Shown one piece after another: positions 19,924 to 28,838 of a DNA stretch of 64,000 nucleotides. Every line of letters begins with the position of its first letter. The stretch's first letter is position 1. Source of the stretch: Candidatus Pacebacteria bacterium GW2011_GWA1_46_10 (GTDB lineage: Bacteria > Patescibacteriota > Microgenomatia > UBA1400 > PJMF01); NCBI GenBank assembly GCA_001002135.1, contig LCLP01000002.1:2520-66519 (forward strand). The letters are read 5' to 3'. The position numbers were made by a program, and so were the translations under genes. The notes under the pieces are model-generated. The model made no database searches and was not told the origin of the DNA. It saw only the letters and a list, made by a program, of their open reading frames with translations.

Positions 19924-20139
19924 ATGAAACTAGGAAAATATCAACATTCTAAAACCGGAAATTTTTACAAAGTTATTGCTGTCGTGAGGCACTCTGAAAC
20001 ACTTGAGGAGTTTGTATTCTACGAAGCCTTGTATAAAAATCCAGTAAGTAAATTTTGGGTAAGGCCTTTAAAAATGTTTTTAGAAAAGGTAGAAATAAAT
20101 GGGGAAAGGGTTCCGCGATTTAAGTATATTGAAATATAG
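19924..20139 (+). CDS. DUF1653 domain protein
   Basis: G.YQH.K.G..Y.V...A/VRHSET.E..V.Y.ALY....WVRP..MF...V......PRF. Confidence 0.88.
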   Translation: MKLGKYQHSKTGNFYKVIAVVRHSETLEEFVFYEALYKNPVSKFWVRPLKMFLEKVEINGERVPRFKYIEI

Positions 20140-20191
20140 TTATGAGGTCTAAACGGGCCTAGACCGATATGCTCAGCCAGTTTAATAATCT

Positions 20192-20848
20192 ATGAACACA
20201 GAACAGTTACTCTCACAAGGTTTATCTATTTATTGTGAGAAGGGAGTGGGAAACCTAGCAACCCAGCCCTTAAACGCACTTTCCAACTTAGCAATTTTCA
20301 TCTCTGCATACTTTTCTTACCGGCTGGTTGTTTCTAGTGGCACTAAGAGTCGAGTGGTTCGTTTATTACCTTTAATCCTGATTCTCATTGGATTGGGCAG
20401 CGCTCTCTGGCATGGCGCACCTCACTACTTAACCAACTGGGCTGATACGCTCTCCATTGCCATTTTTCTGCTTTTTGTTTTTTATTATTTACTTGGCAAG
20501 TTATTTTCCGAAAAGGAATATGTCTTGTTAGTACTTCTTGTTTTCTTAGCAGTAGAAGCACCTTTCATTTTTGGCATTTTTCCGTCACTTAATGGTTTTA
20601 TCTCATACGTTATTGCACTCCTCTTTGCCTTGTCAATTCTGTTCTCCGTGCTAAAAAAATATAAGCTGTCTTTGAAACTCCCTGCCGTCATCATCACCCT
20701 GTTTTTGACGGCTTTCTTTTTCCGAACGACCGATATCTATTTATGTGGAATGTTCCCTGTTGGTACGCATTTTCTGTGGCATATCCTCAATTCATTCATG
20801 TTTTACTTAGTCGTTAAGCTGATGATTGTTTTAGAAAAAGCGAGATGA
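20192..20848 (+). CDS. ceramidase-like (CREST superfamily) membrane hydrolase
   Basis: YCE, PLNALSN, GLGSALWH, D, GTHFLWH motifs; 7 TM segments. Confidence 0.8.
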   Translation: MNTEQLLSQGLSIYCEKGVGNLATQPLNALSNLAIFISAYFSYRLVVSSGTKSRVVRLLPLILILIGLGSALWHGAPHYLTNWADTLSIAIFLLFVFYYLLGKLFSEKEYVLLVLLVFLAVEAPFIFGIFPSLNGFISYVIALLFALSILFSVLKKYKLSLKLPAVIITLFLTAFFFRTTDIYLCGMFPVGTHFLWHILNSFMFYLVVKLMIVLEKAR

Positions 20849-20927
20849 GGCAGGCGTTATAATAATAGGAAGTGTCTAGACCGAGCTGCTCATCAAATTC
20901 TTGTTATAATCACTTTTAACAATCACT

Positions 20928-21206
20928 ATGGAAAACTCCTTCCGCACCACTCTCCAAAAATACGAAAAAGCCATTGGCACTACTGCCTCGGTGCTGGCCA
21001 CCATTATGTTCATTTCTCTCATCGAGGTGCTGGTTACCAACTTTAGAGGTGAAACTAATACCATTGTGCTCCCCACCGCCACCGCCTTTAACGGTCTGTT
21101 TTGGACCCTCTATGGCTACAGTAAAAAAGACCTGATTATCATCATCCCCAACTCCATTGGTTTAATTTTAGGTTTACTGACCGCCATAGCAGCCTTCATT
21201 TCATAA
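20928..21206 (+). CDS. SemiSWEET-family transporter
   Basis: 3 TM segments, W.LYG, IIIPN..G motif. Confidence 0.8.
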   Translation: MENSFRTTLQKYEKAIGTTASVLATIMFISLIEVLVTNFRGETNTIVLPTATAFNGLFWTLYGYSKKDLIIIIPNSIGLILGLLTAIAAFIS

Positions 21207-21212
21207 GATAGT

Positions 21213-21659
21213 ATGGTAAAAATCTTGTCACACCAAGAGTTTCTCAAAACCTTTATCAACGTGCCGCGGGTGTCGGTCAATTTATTAATTGAAGATAAAC
21301 AAGGAAAACTGCTTTTAACCCAGCGCGCCATCACCCCCGGAGTAGGGAAGTGGCATTACCCTGGAGGATTCTTACTCAAAGGGGAAACAATCGAAGCCTG
21401 TCTCAAGCGATTAGCTAAGCGCGAGTTTAACTATGACCTCAAAGAAGCCCCTGAGTTTGTCGGCGTCTTTGAAAATCTAGCCGGTGACCCCCGCGGCCAC
21501 GTCATTGATCTGATGTATCGGTTAAAACTCAATCACCAAATCCCACTCAACGCTACCACCGAGACCAAAGCCGCTCAGTATTTCGATCGCATCCCCAAAG
21601 AGATTGGTTTTAATCACCACGAAACGCTGTTAAAATTGGGCTACAAAGTGGAGGAATAG
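21213..21659 (+). CDS. NUDIX hydrolase
   Basis: W.YPGG.L.KGETI..C..R.AKRE; DPRGHV. Confidence 0.85.
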   Translation: MVKILSHQEFLKTFINVPRVSVNLLIEDKQGKLLLTQRAITPGVGKWHYPGGFLLKGETIEACLKRLAKREFNYDLKEAPEFVGVFENLAGDPRGHVIDLMYRLKLNHQIPLNATTETKAAQYFDRIPKEIGFNHHETLLKLGYKVEE

Positions 21660-21668
21660 GAGTCTATC

Positions 21669-22925
21669 GTGAGCAAACAAAATTTCTACCAACAACTGCA
21701 AGCCGAAGTAAAACGCATCGACGCAGCCCACACCACCAAACGAGAGGAAGTGATTATCGATGGTTTCCAGTTTAAACCATCAGTTCACGCCCTCATTAAA
21801 GGTAAACCATTTCTAGTTTTTAACTCCAACGATTACCTTGGTCTGCGCCATCACCCGCAATTGGTACAAGCTGAGCATCAAGCCACCGACCAGTATGGCA
21901 CTGGTCCTGGGGCAGTCAGGTTTATTTCCGGCTCACTTAAAGTCCACCGTGACCTGGAAAAAGCGCTGGCCAAATTTCACCACCGCGACGACGCCATTAT
22001 TTTCTCCTCTGCCTTTGCCGCTAACCTCGCAGTACTGTTTTCACTGATCAAAGGCCAAAGCAGAGACTCACTGGTTGACGACAGCGTGATTGTCATTTCC
22101 GATGAGCTCAATCACCGCAGTATCATCGATGGGATTCGCTTGGCCAATTTAGCCAAAGAGCAAAAAGCCATTTTCAAACACATGAATGCTGATCACCTGC
22201 GACAGGTCTTGCAAACCAACGTCGGTAAATTCAAACGAGCGCTGATCGTGACTGATGGTATTTTTAGTATGTTGGGTGAATACCAAGACCTGAAAAAACT
22301 GCGCACTGTGATTGACAAATTTGATGACCAATACGAACTCGGTGTGTTGCTCGTGGTGGATGACGCCCATGGCGTTGGCGCCTTTGGCAAAACCGGCCGC
22401 GGCACTGAAGAAGTCTCCGGCGCGCCGGCCGATGTGCTAATCGGTACGATGGGTAAAGCGTTTGGTAGTGATGGAGGCTACGTGGTGGGTGAACAAACCG
22501 TGATCGATTACCTGCGCGAGTCTGCTGCCACCTATATTTATTCCAATAACGTCACACCAGGCACCGCCGCGGCCGCCCTGACCGCGGTCAAATTACTAGA
22601 TACTACGGAGGGTAAAAAGATTCTGCAGTCCTTAGTTGATAACATCACTTATCTCAAAAAAGGTCTCTTGAAACTTGGCTATCAATTCGCCGTCCAGTCA
22701 ACACACCCCATTCAAGCCATGCTCATCGGAGACACTACTAAAACCAAAGCCCTCAAACAAGCACTACACAAACAAGGCATCTTGGTCACTAATATTAACT
22801 ACCCAGTGGTGCCACCCGGCAGAGATGAAATCAGAGTCCAACTGAGTGCCGTCCACTCGCGAGCAGACCTGGATCAGTTCCTCAAAGCCACTCAAACCGC
22901 TGGCAAAAAGTTAGGCTTAATCTAA
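21669..22925 (+). CDS. PLP-dependent alpha-oxoamine synthase, Kbl-like (2-amino-3-ketobutyrate CoA ligase)
   Basis: SNDYLGL, VRFISG, SDELNH.SIIDG, DGIFSM, DDAHG, GTMGKAFG, YPVVP.G...IRVQLSA.H. Confidence 0.8.
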   Translation: MSKQNFYQQLQAEVKRIDAAHTTKREEVIIDGFQFKPSVHALIKGKPFLVFNSNDYLGLRHHPQLVQAEHQATDQYGTGPGAVRFISGSLKVHRDLEKALAKFHHRDDAIIFSSAFAANLAVLFSLIKGQSRDSLVDDSVIVISDELNHRSIIDGIRLANLAKEQKAIFKHMNADHLRQVLQTNVGKFKRALIVTDGIFSMLGEYQDLKKLRTVIDKFDDQYELGVLLVVDDAHGVGAFGKTGRGTEEVSGAPADVLIGTMGKAFGSDGGYVVGEQTVIDYLRESAATYIYSNNVTPGTAAAALTAVKLLDTTEGKKILQSLVDNITYLKKGLLKLGYQFAVQSTHPIQAMLIGDTTKTKALKQALHKQGILVTNINYPVVPPGRDEIRVQLSAVHSRADLDQFLKATQTAGKKLGLI

Positions 22926-22931
22926 AAAAGT

Positions 22932-23159
22932 TTAGCGACGAGCCCGGCGCACGGCTTTTCGAGCAGTAGCCCGGCCTTTTTTCACCGCTTTTTTGGCTTG
23001 AGCGACGACTTTCCGTTTAGTAGTCTTTGCTTTGGCCGCCATCTTGCGTGCCTCACGACCGACCGCTTCACGGTTTTTCTTGCTGGACAAAAATACTGCC
23101 GCCGCACCGACAGTCATCCCAGTTAATAACGCGAGTAAACTACGACCTTTCTTAGCCAT
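22932..23159 (-). CDS. YtxH-like small basic protein
   Basis: LLTGMTVGAAAVFL then Lys/Arg/Ala-rich tail; AAGGA SD. Confidence 0.7.
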   Translation of the reverse strand: MAKKGRSLLALLTGMTVGAAAVFLSSKKNREAVGREARKMAAKAKTTKRKVVAQAKKAVKKGRATARKAVRRARR

Positions 23160-23209
23160 GGTTTCCTTTGCTGTTGTTATTACTAATAAAAAGTATACAC
23201 AATTTAAAA

Positions 23210-24619
23210 TTACTTCGGAACCCGAATCAGCGACAAACTGTTTGTCAGTCCCGGTGTCTTCCAGATTGAGCCGTAAATAATTAATACCGTTTTGCCCGGC
23301 TCAACAATATTTAATTCCCGCAACTTTTGAGCAATTACTTCCGGTTCTTGGACCCCGCCGACCGGAAACTCCATGATGTGCGGCATCACCCCAAAGTAGA
23401 GCGCCAGTTTACGATAGGTTTGTTCATTACTGGTCAGCGCGTGAATCGGTACTTTTGGTCTAAAGCGAGAGAGCAACCCAGCTGTCGTGCCGATTTCGGT
23501 CAAACAAATAATACTATCAATCGCTTCAGCGCGATGTTGGATGAGGTACATCGCGGCGTGAGTAACCCCGCTGGGGTTGTTGTCATCCAGCCAATCTTCT
23601 AAATATGACTCCACATACGGCTCGTTAAACGCCGCAATCTTGGCTTGGGTCTCTACTGCCTTCACCGGATACTTGCCAATCGTTGTTTCCTCAGAAAGCA
23701 TCACCGCACTGGTGCTGTCATAAACGGCGTTAGCCACGTCACTGACCTCGGCACGCGTCGGTCGTGGTTCTTCCACCATCGATTTAAGCATCTGAGTGGC
23801 CGTGATCACCGGTTTGGCTAACAATCGACATTTGGCAATAATGAGCTTTTGCCAAAAGGCCAGTTGCTCAAACGGCACTTCCACTGCCAAGTCGCCGCGC
23901 GCCACCATCACCGCGTCACTCTCACGGATAATCTCATCAATATTGTCCAGCGCCGCTTGGTTTTCGATTTTAGCCACAATGCCGGATTTCAAGCCGCGCT
24001 TATCAAGTTCTCCTCGCAAAATCTCAATGTCTTTTTTATCCCGCACATAGGACAAACCAACATAATCCACTGCTGACTCAACTGCCCCATCCAACTGCAC
24101 CAAGTCTGCCGCAATCAGTGAAGGCATATCAATCGAAACGCCGGGAGTGTTCAAGCTTTTGTGTGGTTTCACTTCACACTGGTTATGAGCTCTCACCCGC
24201 AACTGCTGCGCTTCTTTCCCAACCACAGTAAACTCACACGCGCCATCATCCAAGAGCACCGTACTATTTGGTTTCAAAGTTTCCACCACTTGTTGGGGAA
24301 CAAAAACCGTTTTACCACTGACTTGGCGTTGGTCAGCGGAGAGTAATAATTCCTCGCCAGCAGCCAACGAAAAGCCTTTGTCAGCCGGCAACCAGATGCG
24401 AATTTCCGGACCTTGCAGGTCTAATAACACCGCTATTGGTTGCTGCAATCGTTGAGCAATATTTCTGACTCGACGAATCCGCTCCCGATGCCACTCTGGC
24501 GTGCCGTGCTTGGTGTTAAACCGCGCCACATCCATCCCGGCCAGCATCAGTTGTTCAATGACTGGTTCCGACTCAGTGGCCGGGCCGATGGTAGCGACGA
24601 TCTTCGTCAGTTTTTTCAT
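23210..24619 (-). CDS. pyk: pyruvate kinase
   Basis: TKIVATIGP, DLQGPEIR, AKIEN, MVARGDL, ATQML.SM, PTRAEVSDVANA. Confidence 0.96.
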   Translation of the reverse strand: MKKLTKIVATIGPATESEPVIEQLMLAGMDVARFNTKHGTPEWHRERIRRVRNIAQRLQQPIAVLLDLQGPEIRIWLPADKGFSLAAGEELLLSADQRQVSGKTVFVPQQVVETLKPNSTVLLDDGACEFTVVGKEAQQLRVRAHNQCEVKPHKSLNTPGVSIDMPSLIAADLVQLDGAVESAVDYVGLSYVRDKKDIEILRGELDKRGLKSGIVAKIENQAALDNIDEIIRESDAVMVARGDLAVEVPFEQLAFWQKLIIAKCRLLAKPVITATQMLKSMVEEPRPTRAEVSDVANAVYDSTSAVMLSEETTIGKYPVKAVETQAKIAAFNEPYVESYLEDWLDDNNPSGVTHAAMYLIQHRAEAIDSIICLTEIGTTAGLLSRFRPKVPIHALTSNEQTYRKLALYFGVMPHIMEFPVGGVQEPEVIAQKLRELNIVEPGKTVLIIYGSIWKTPGLTNSLSLIRVPK

Positions 24620-24711
24620 TTTTTTCCGTGGGAACACGGGCAGTACTCATTTTTATTATAATACGCGTTTCACAAAATAGGTGGGAATACCTTACAATAG
24701 GGAACGTTTTG

Positions 24712-25380
24712 ATGAAAAAAATCAATTTACACGTTCAAAAAATGGATGTACTCGTCGCGCTCTACGTTTTTTGCGTGCTGATAGCGGAACTGATGGGCGG
24801 CAAAACTATTCCTTTAGTAAAGCTCGGGGGATACCAACTGAACGCTAGTGTGGCTATTTTTGTCTTTCCGCTGATTTTTACGATCAACGACGTCATTACG
24901 GAAGTGTTTGGAAAAGAGCGCACTAGAAGCGTTATCCGCGCAACCTTAATGATGGTTTTTTTGGTCATTATGGCTTCGCTTTTCTTTACAGCTCTCCCGC
25001 CTTCTACTCGCTTTACAGCGACAGAAGCCGCCTATGATCAAATCTTTCGCATCTCAGCTCGCATTGCCGCCGCCAGCTTAACCGCTTTTGCCATCGCCGA
25101 GTTTACCGACGTGCTAATTTTTAATAAAATCCGTCAGCGATTAGGAAAAAAGGCGCTGTGGTTGCGAAACAACGTCTCCAATTTTGTAGCGCAGTTTGCC
25201 GACACCACCCTGTTTATTACTTTAGCGTTCTACAACTTCGCTCTGCCGTTTCAGAGTAACTGGAGTTTTTTATTGAGCCTCATTTTGCCCTACTGGCTGC
25301 TAAAATGTTTCGTGTCAGTGGTTGAAACCCCATTTGTCTATTGGGGCGTAGCGTGGCTCAAGAAGGATAAACAGTCATGA
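24712..25380 (+). CDS. yhhQ: queuosine precursor transporter (YhhQ/VUT family)
   Basis: FP..F.INDVI.EVFG, RI..ASL.AF, LWLRNN.S..VAQ..DT..F. Confidence 0.88.
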   Translation: MKKINLHVQKMDVLVALYVFCVLIAELMGGKTIPLVKLGGYQLNASVAIFVFPLIFTINDVITEVFGKERTRSVIRATLMMVFLVIMASLFFTALPPSTRFTATEAAYDQIFRISARIAAASLTAFAIAEFTDVLIFNKIRQRLGKKALWLRNNVSNFVAQFADTTLFITLAFYNFALPFQSNWSFLLSLILPYWLLKCFVSVVETPFVYWGVAWLKKDKQS

Positions 25381-25907
25381 AAATTATTTTGGCCATGGTT
25401 GAATCGGTTGATGGGAAAACCACCCATGGCGATGACTCAAGAGTTTTTCGCTGGACTTCCAAAGAAGACCAGGAACACTTCAAAAGATTGGTCAATCAAG
25501 CCAAATTGATTGTGATGGGGAGTAAAACATATGAAGCAGCCAAAAAAATGTTGCAGCATCAACCAGGCAAACTACGAGTAGTTTTCACTCACAACCCAGA
25601 AAAGTACGCCGACCAAGCTATTCCAGGTCAACTGGAATTCACTAACGAAACTCCGCAGGTTTTGGTTGATCGTCTAACCCAGCAAGGTTACGACGAACTC
25701 CTTTTGGCTAGTGGTGCCCAGGTTAATGGTTTATTCTTTGACGCCGGTTTGGTTGACGAAATTTTTCTCACCATCGAGCCAAAGTTACTTGGTATAGGTA
25801 ATCCGATGGCTATCCAAAAAAACATCATTAATCTCACACTACTTAACGTCGAAAAACTCAATGAGCGGGGTACACTGTTACTACACTACACAGTCAACAA
25901 GTCCTAA
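25377..25907 (+). CDS. RibD C-terminal / dihydrofolate-reductase-like protein
   Basis: SVDGK, MGSKTY, GLVDEIFLTIEPKLLG.G. Confidence 0.82.
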   Translation: MKIILAMVESVDGKTTHGDDSRVFRWTSKEDQEHFKRLVNQAKLIVMGSKTYEAAKKMLQHQPGKLRVVFTHNPEKYADQAIPGQLEFTNETPQVLVDRLTQQGYDELLLASGAQVNGLFFDAGLVDEIFLTIEPKLLGIGNPMAIQKNIINLTLLNVEKLNERGTLLLHYTVNKS

Positions 25908-25910
25908 ATC

Positions 25911-27827
25911 TTACTCCTTATAAGTGTCTTCTTTTCTGGCGTAGACTCCAACCACGTATAATCTACCGTCTTCCCTCAGCTCAGCGATTACCCGATGCCG
26001 ACGACCGATCTTCAATCGGTATAAGTCAAAGCCATCTTTTGATTGATAACTGACAATTTTTCTCAGTGAGAGTAAGCCCTGATTATAAAGTTCAATTTTA
26101 CTTGTTAAATAATCTGCCGTCATCCCCGGCGGAAGTTCTTGTAAAACCTCGCGAGGTAAAATCATTTCCGGTCGCACCAACTTGGCTTCATACTCTCTTC
26201 GCAGTGAGGGTGAAACAACGTCCTCTTCAGCTGAATTTTTATTCGATCTGGCTCGTTTTTTCGAAGAAACACTGACAGCAACTCCTTTTTTCTTTGCTAC
26301 CGACACTACTTGTGGTTGGCCATTTCCCCTCTTAGCTGTCTCTTGCTGTTTCTTCACCGTTTCTTGCAACAAATCAGTCGCCAGCTTGACTAGAGCTTTG
26401 TGAACATTTTCATAAGTTTCGCTTTCTTCATCAAAATCGATCGCTAACACTTGCAAGACAAACTGTGGTTTTTTATCCTTGGTAATTTCCAACATAAATG
26501 AGATTTTCTTTGCCATACCTTCAACATTAATAAACTCAATCGAGATCAAAAAAGTCGGTGGATTTAATTCCAATTGTGACCGAAAAAGAGTTGTTTTATT
26601 TCCCGGCAAAAAATTCTCACTCAAACGGTTAAGAATCTCATCTTCAAGATGTATCTCTTTCTCTGAGAATTCCCCCACCGTTTGCCAATACTTTTCCCAA
26701 GTAGTTTGTAACTTAGCTTCTAACTGTTCTAGTGACTCAGCTGGGATTTTTAAAACTTTGGCACAAGCTGAAAGTAAAAGTTCTGGCCCATGATTTAAGC
26801 CTCTAGCGGTATCAAGAATCTTTTGAATAAAATCGTGGTACCACGGATCATTTGTTTCTTCCACATAATCCAACAGCGAGTTTAAAACATTGACAATACC
26901 ATTTTCTGTATTAGCCATTTCTCGATTCGCTAGCGAGACAGTCAACACTTTCGGAAAATCATACGTCTGACGCTGTTGATACATTTGCTCCAACGTCTCC
27001 AATAACCACCTGGCCGCGGCATGTTTTTCATCCCCAGGTTTTTTGATGGCGCCAAACACTTCCTCAAAATAACTGGAGAATGACTTCATAAAATGAATCT
27101 CGGCTGTACCCATGTGAAACTTCTTGCCGGTTTTTGTATGGCGCAGGGGAGGTATTTCATCTGATATCATTTGTTTAAAAATCTCTTGAAATGTTGACAG
27201 ATTAATATCTAAAAGATACGGGATTACTTCATCCAACAAACTCCAGTAAGAGTAGTTTTCTTCTCTTTCACAGATCCTTACCAGACACTCGGTTAAAAAC
27301 TGATATTCTTCCAGACTCAGTGGTTGTTTTCCTTTTGACACAAACGCCTGCTGAAAAACCTCAATCGGAAAGAGTGCGGCGGCTTGAAGTGACTGCCACG
27401 ACGCCGGCAGGGGATGAGTAAAGCCTTTTAACTCCAAACCAGGGCCATACAACCAAGTCGGAGTATGATAAGCCGCAATGTCCATCAAGATTTTTTCAGC
27501 TCTATTGAGTAAGCGCAGCCCCTCACCCGTGTTTTTTCTACTCATTTTTTCTAGTTCACTTCTGACTGCATTGAAAAGACTGTTAAAATCTTTCGCAATT
27601 TGTAAATCAAGGGCAATATTTTGCAGTCCCTGAATCCTGGCTTTGAGGTCGTTGGTTTCTGTGAGATTGTTTAAAGAAGAGTCATGTCTTACTTCAACCT
27701 TTTCGCGTAGCTGCCGCCAAAATGGCGCCAGTAGCGGCAGTTCCTTGGTCATCTCCTCTGTTGACTCCAGTAATAAATCATTATTTTTTTTCCACACCGC
27801 TTTGACTTCATCTTCTTCACGTGACAT
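25911..27827 (-). CDS. large hypothetical protein with C-terminal RelE/ParE-like domain
   Basis: 638 aa from ATG 27827; C-terminus LYRLKIGRRHRVI...LYVVGVYARKEDTY. Confidence 0.65.
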   Translation of the reverse strand: MSREEDEVKAVWKKNNDLLLESTEEMTKELPLLAPFWRQLREKVEVRHDSSLNNLTETNDLKARIQGLQNIALDLQIAKDFNSLFNAVRSELEKMSRKNTGEGLRLLNRAEKILMDIAAYHTPTWLYGPGLELKGFTHPLPASWQSLQAAALFPIEVFQQAFVSKGKQPLSLEEYQFLTECLVRICEREENYSYWSLLDEVIPYLLDINLSTFQEIFKQMISDEIPPLRHTKTGKKFHMGTAEIHFMKSFSSYFEEVFGAIKKPGDEKHAAARWLLETLEQMYQQRQTYDFPKVLTVSLANREMANTENGIVNVLNSLLDYVEETNDPWYHDFIQKILDTARGLNHGPELLLSACAKVLKIPAESLEQLEAKLQTTWEKYWQTVGEFSEKEIHLEDEILNRLSENFLPGNKTTLFRSQLELNPPTFLISIEFINVEGMAKKISFMLEITKDKKPQFVLQVLAIDFDEESETYENVHKALVKLATDLLQETVKKQQETAKRGNGQPQVVSVAKKKGVAVSVSSKKRARSNKNSAEEDVVSPSLRREYEAKLVRPEMILPREVLQELPPGMTADYLTSKIELYNQGLLSLRKIVSYQSKDGFDLYRLKIGRRHRVIAELREDGRLYVVGVYARKEDTYKE

Positions 27828-27884
27828 AGCTTCATTATAAATGCAAGTACCCCAGAGATAAAATGAACCTGATACAATCTGAGT

Positions 27885-28838
27885 ATGTCTCGGCCCCAAC
27901 TAATTCTCGCCGGCTCAATCGCCATTGATCGAATCATGAACTTTAAAGGTAAGTATCGGGATCTGATTCAACCAGAAAAAGTGCACGTGCTCTCGATTAG
28001 TGTGCTGGTCGATAAGCTCCAACATTCACACGGCGGCACTGGTGCCAACATCGCTTATAACCTTGCTCTGCTGGGAGAACAACCAATCTTACTGAGTGCG
28101 GTTGGTCCGGAAGCTGGTGATTATTTGAAAAAACTGCAACAATTAGGGGTTGATGTTTCCCATGTTTATATCAGCACCTTGCCAACAGCGAGCTTTAGTA
28201 CACTGACTGACTCTGAGGACAATCAAGTGGGTGGATTTTATCCAGGGGCCATGAGCGATTCAGCGACTCTGTCACTCATTCCTTGGAAAAACCAAGCTGT
28301 ACTGGCCGTCATTTCGGCTCATGACCCGTCAGCTATGCGCCAACAAGTGGAGGAGTGCACCCAAAATAGCATTCGCTATGTCTATGACGTCGGCCAACAA
28401 GTAGCGACCTTGCCCAAAGAAGACTTGTTGACTGGCATCCAGGGGGCAGAGCTCTTGTTTGCCAACGACTATGAACTTGGTTTAATCAGCCAAAAAATTA
28501 ACCAACCGGAATTCACGCTGATGAGCGCCGTGCCAATTTGTGTCACCACCCTTGGTGGCAAGGGCTGCCGAATCACCGGCCAGAAAGTCCCGGAAACACT
28601 CAATGTGCCAGCAGTACCGGGAGTCAAGGTAATTGACCCCACCGGTGCCGGTGACGCTTTCCGCGCCGGCTTCTTATTTGGCTACGTTCGCGACCTCCCA
28701 CTCGAAAAATGTGCTAAACTCGGGTCGGTGGTGGCCAGTTTCGCTATTACCGAGCATGGCACCCAAGAGCATTCGTTTACACTGAAGGATTGCCAAACTA
28801 AATACAATCAAGTCTACAAAGAAAAACTTGAGCTATGA
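27885..28838 (+). CDS. PfkB-family kinase, adenosine kinase-like
   Basis: [38 protein letters not shown]; overlaps ahcY start. Confidence 0.88.
   Translation: MSRPQLILAGSIAIDRIMNFKGKYRDLIQPEKVHVLSISVLVDKLQHSHGGTGANIAYNLALLGEQPILLSAVGPEAGDYLKKLQQLGVDVSHVYISTLPTASFSTLTDSEDNQVGGFYPGAMSDSATLSLIPWKNQAVLAVISAHDPSAMRQQVEECTQNSIRYVYDVGQQVATLPKEDLLTGIQGAELLFANDYELGLISQKINQPEFTLMSAVPICVTTLGGKGCRITGQKVPETLNVPAVPGVKVIDPTGAGDAFRAGFLFGYVRDLPLEKCAKLGSVVASFAITEHGTQEHSFTLKDCQTKYNQVYKEKLEL

Noticed and set aside
20192-22925. Sphingolipid pathway (ceramidase + serine palmitoyltransferase)
   Set aside because: The oxoamine synthase motifs (VRFISG, GTMGKAFG, IRVQLSA.H) are Kbl-like rather than SPT-like, and the genes are separated by other genes and a promoter-like site
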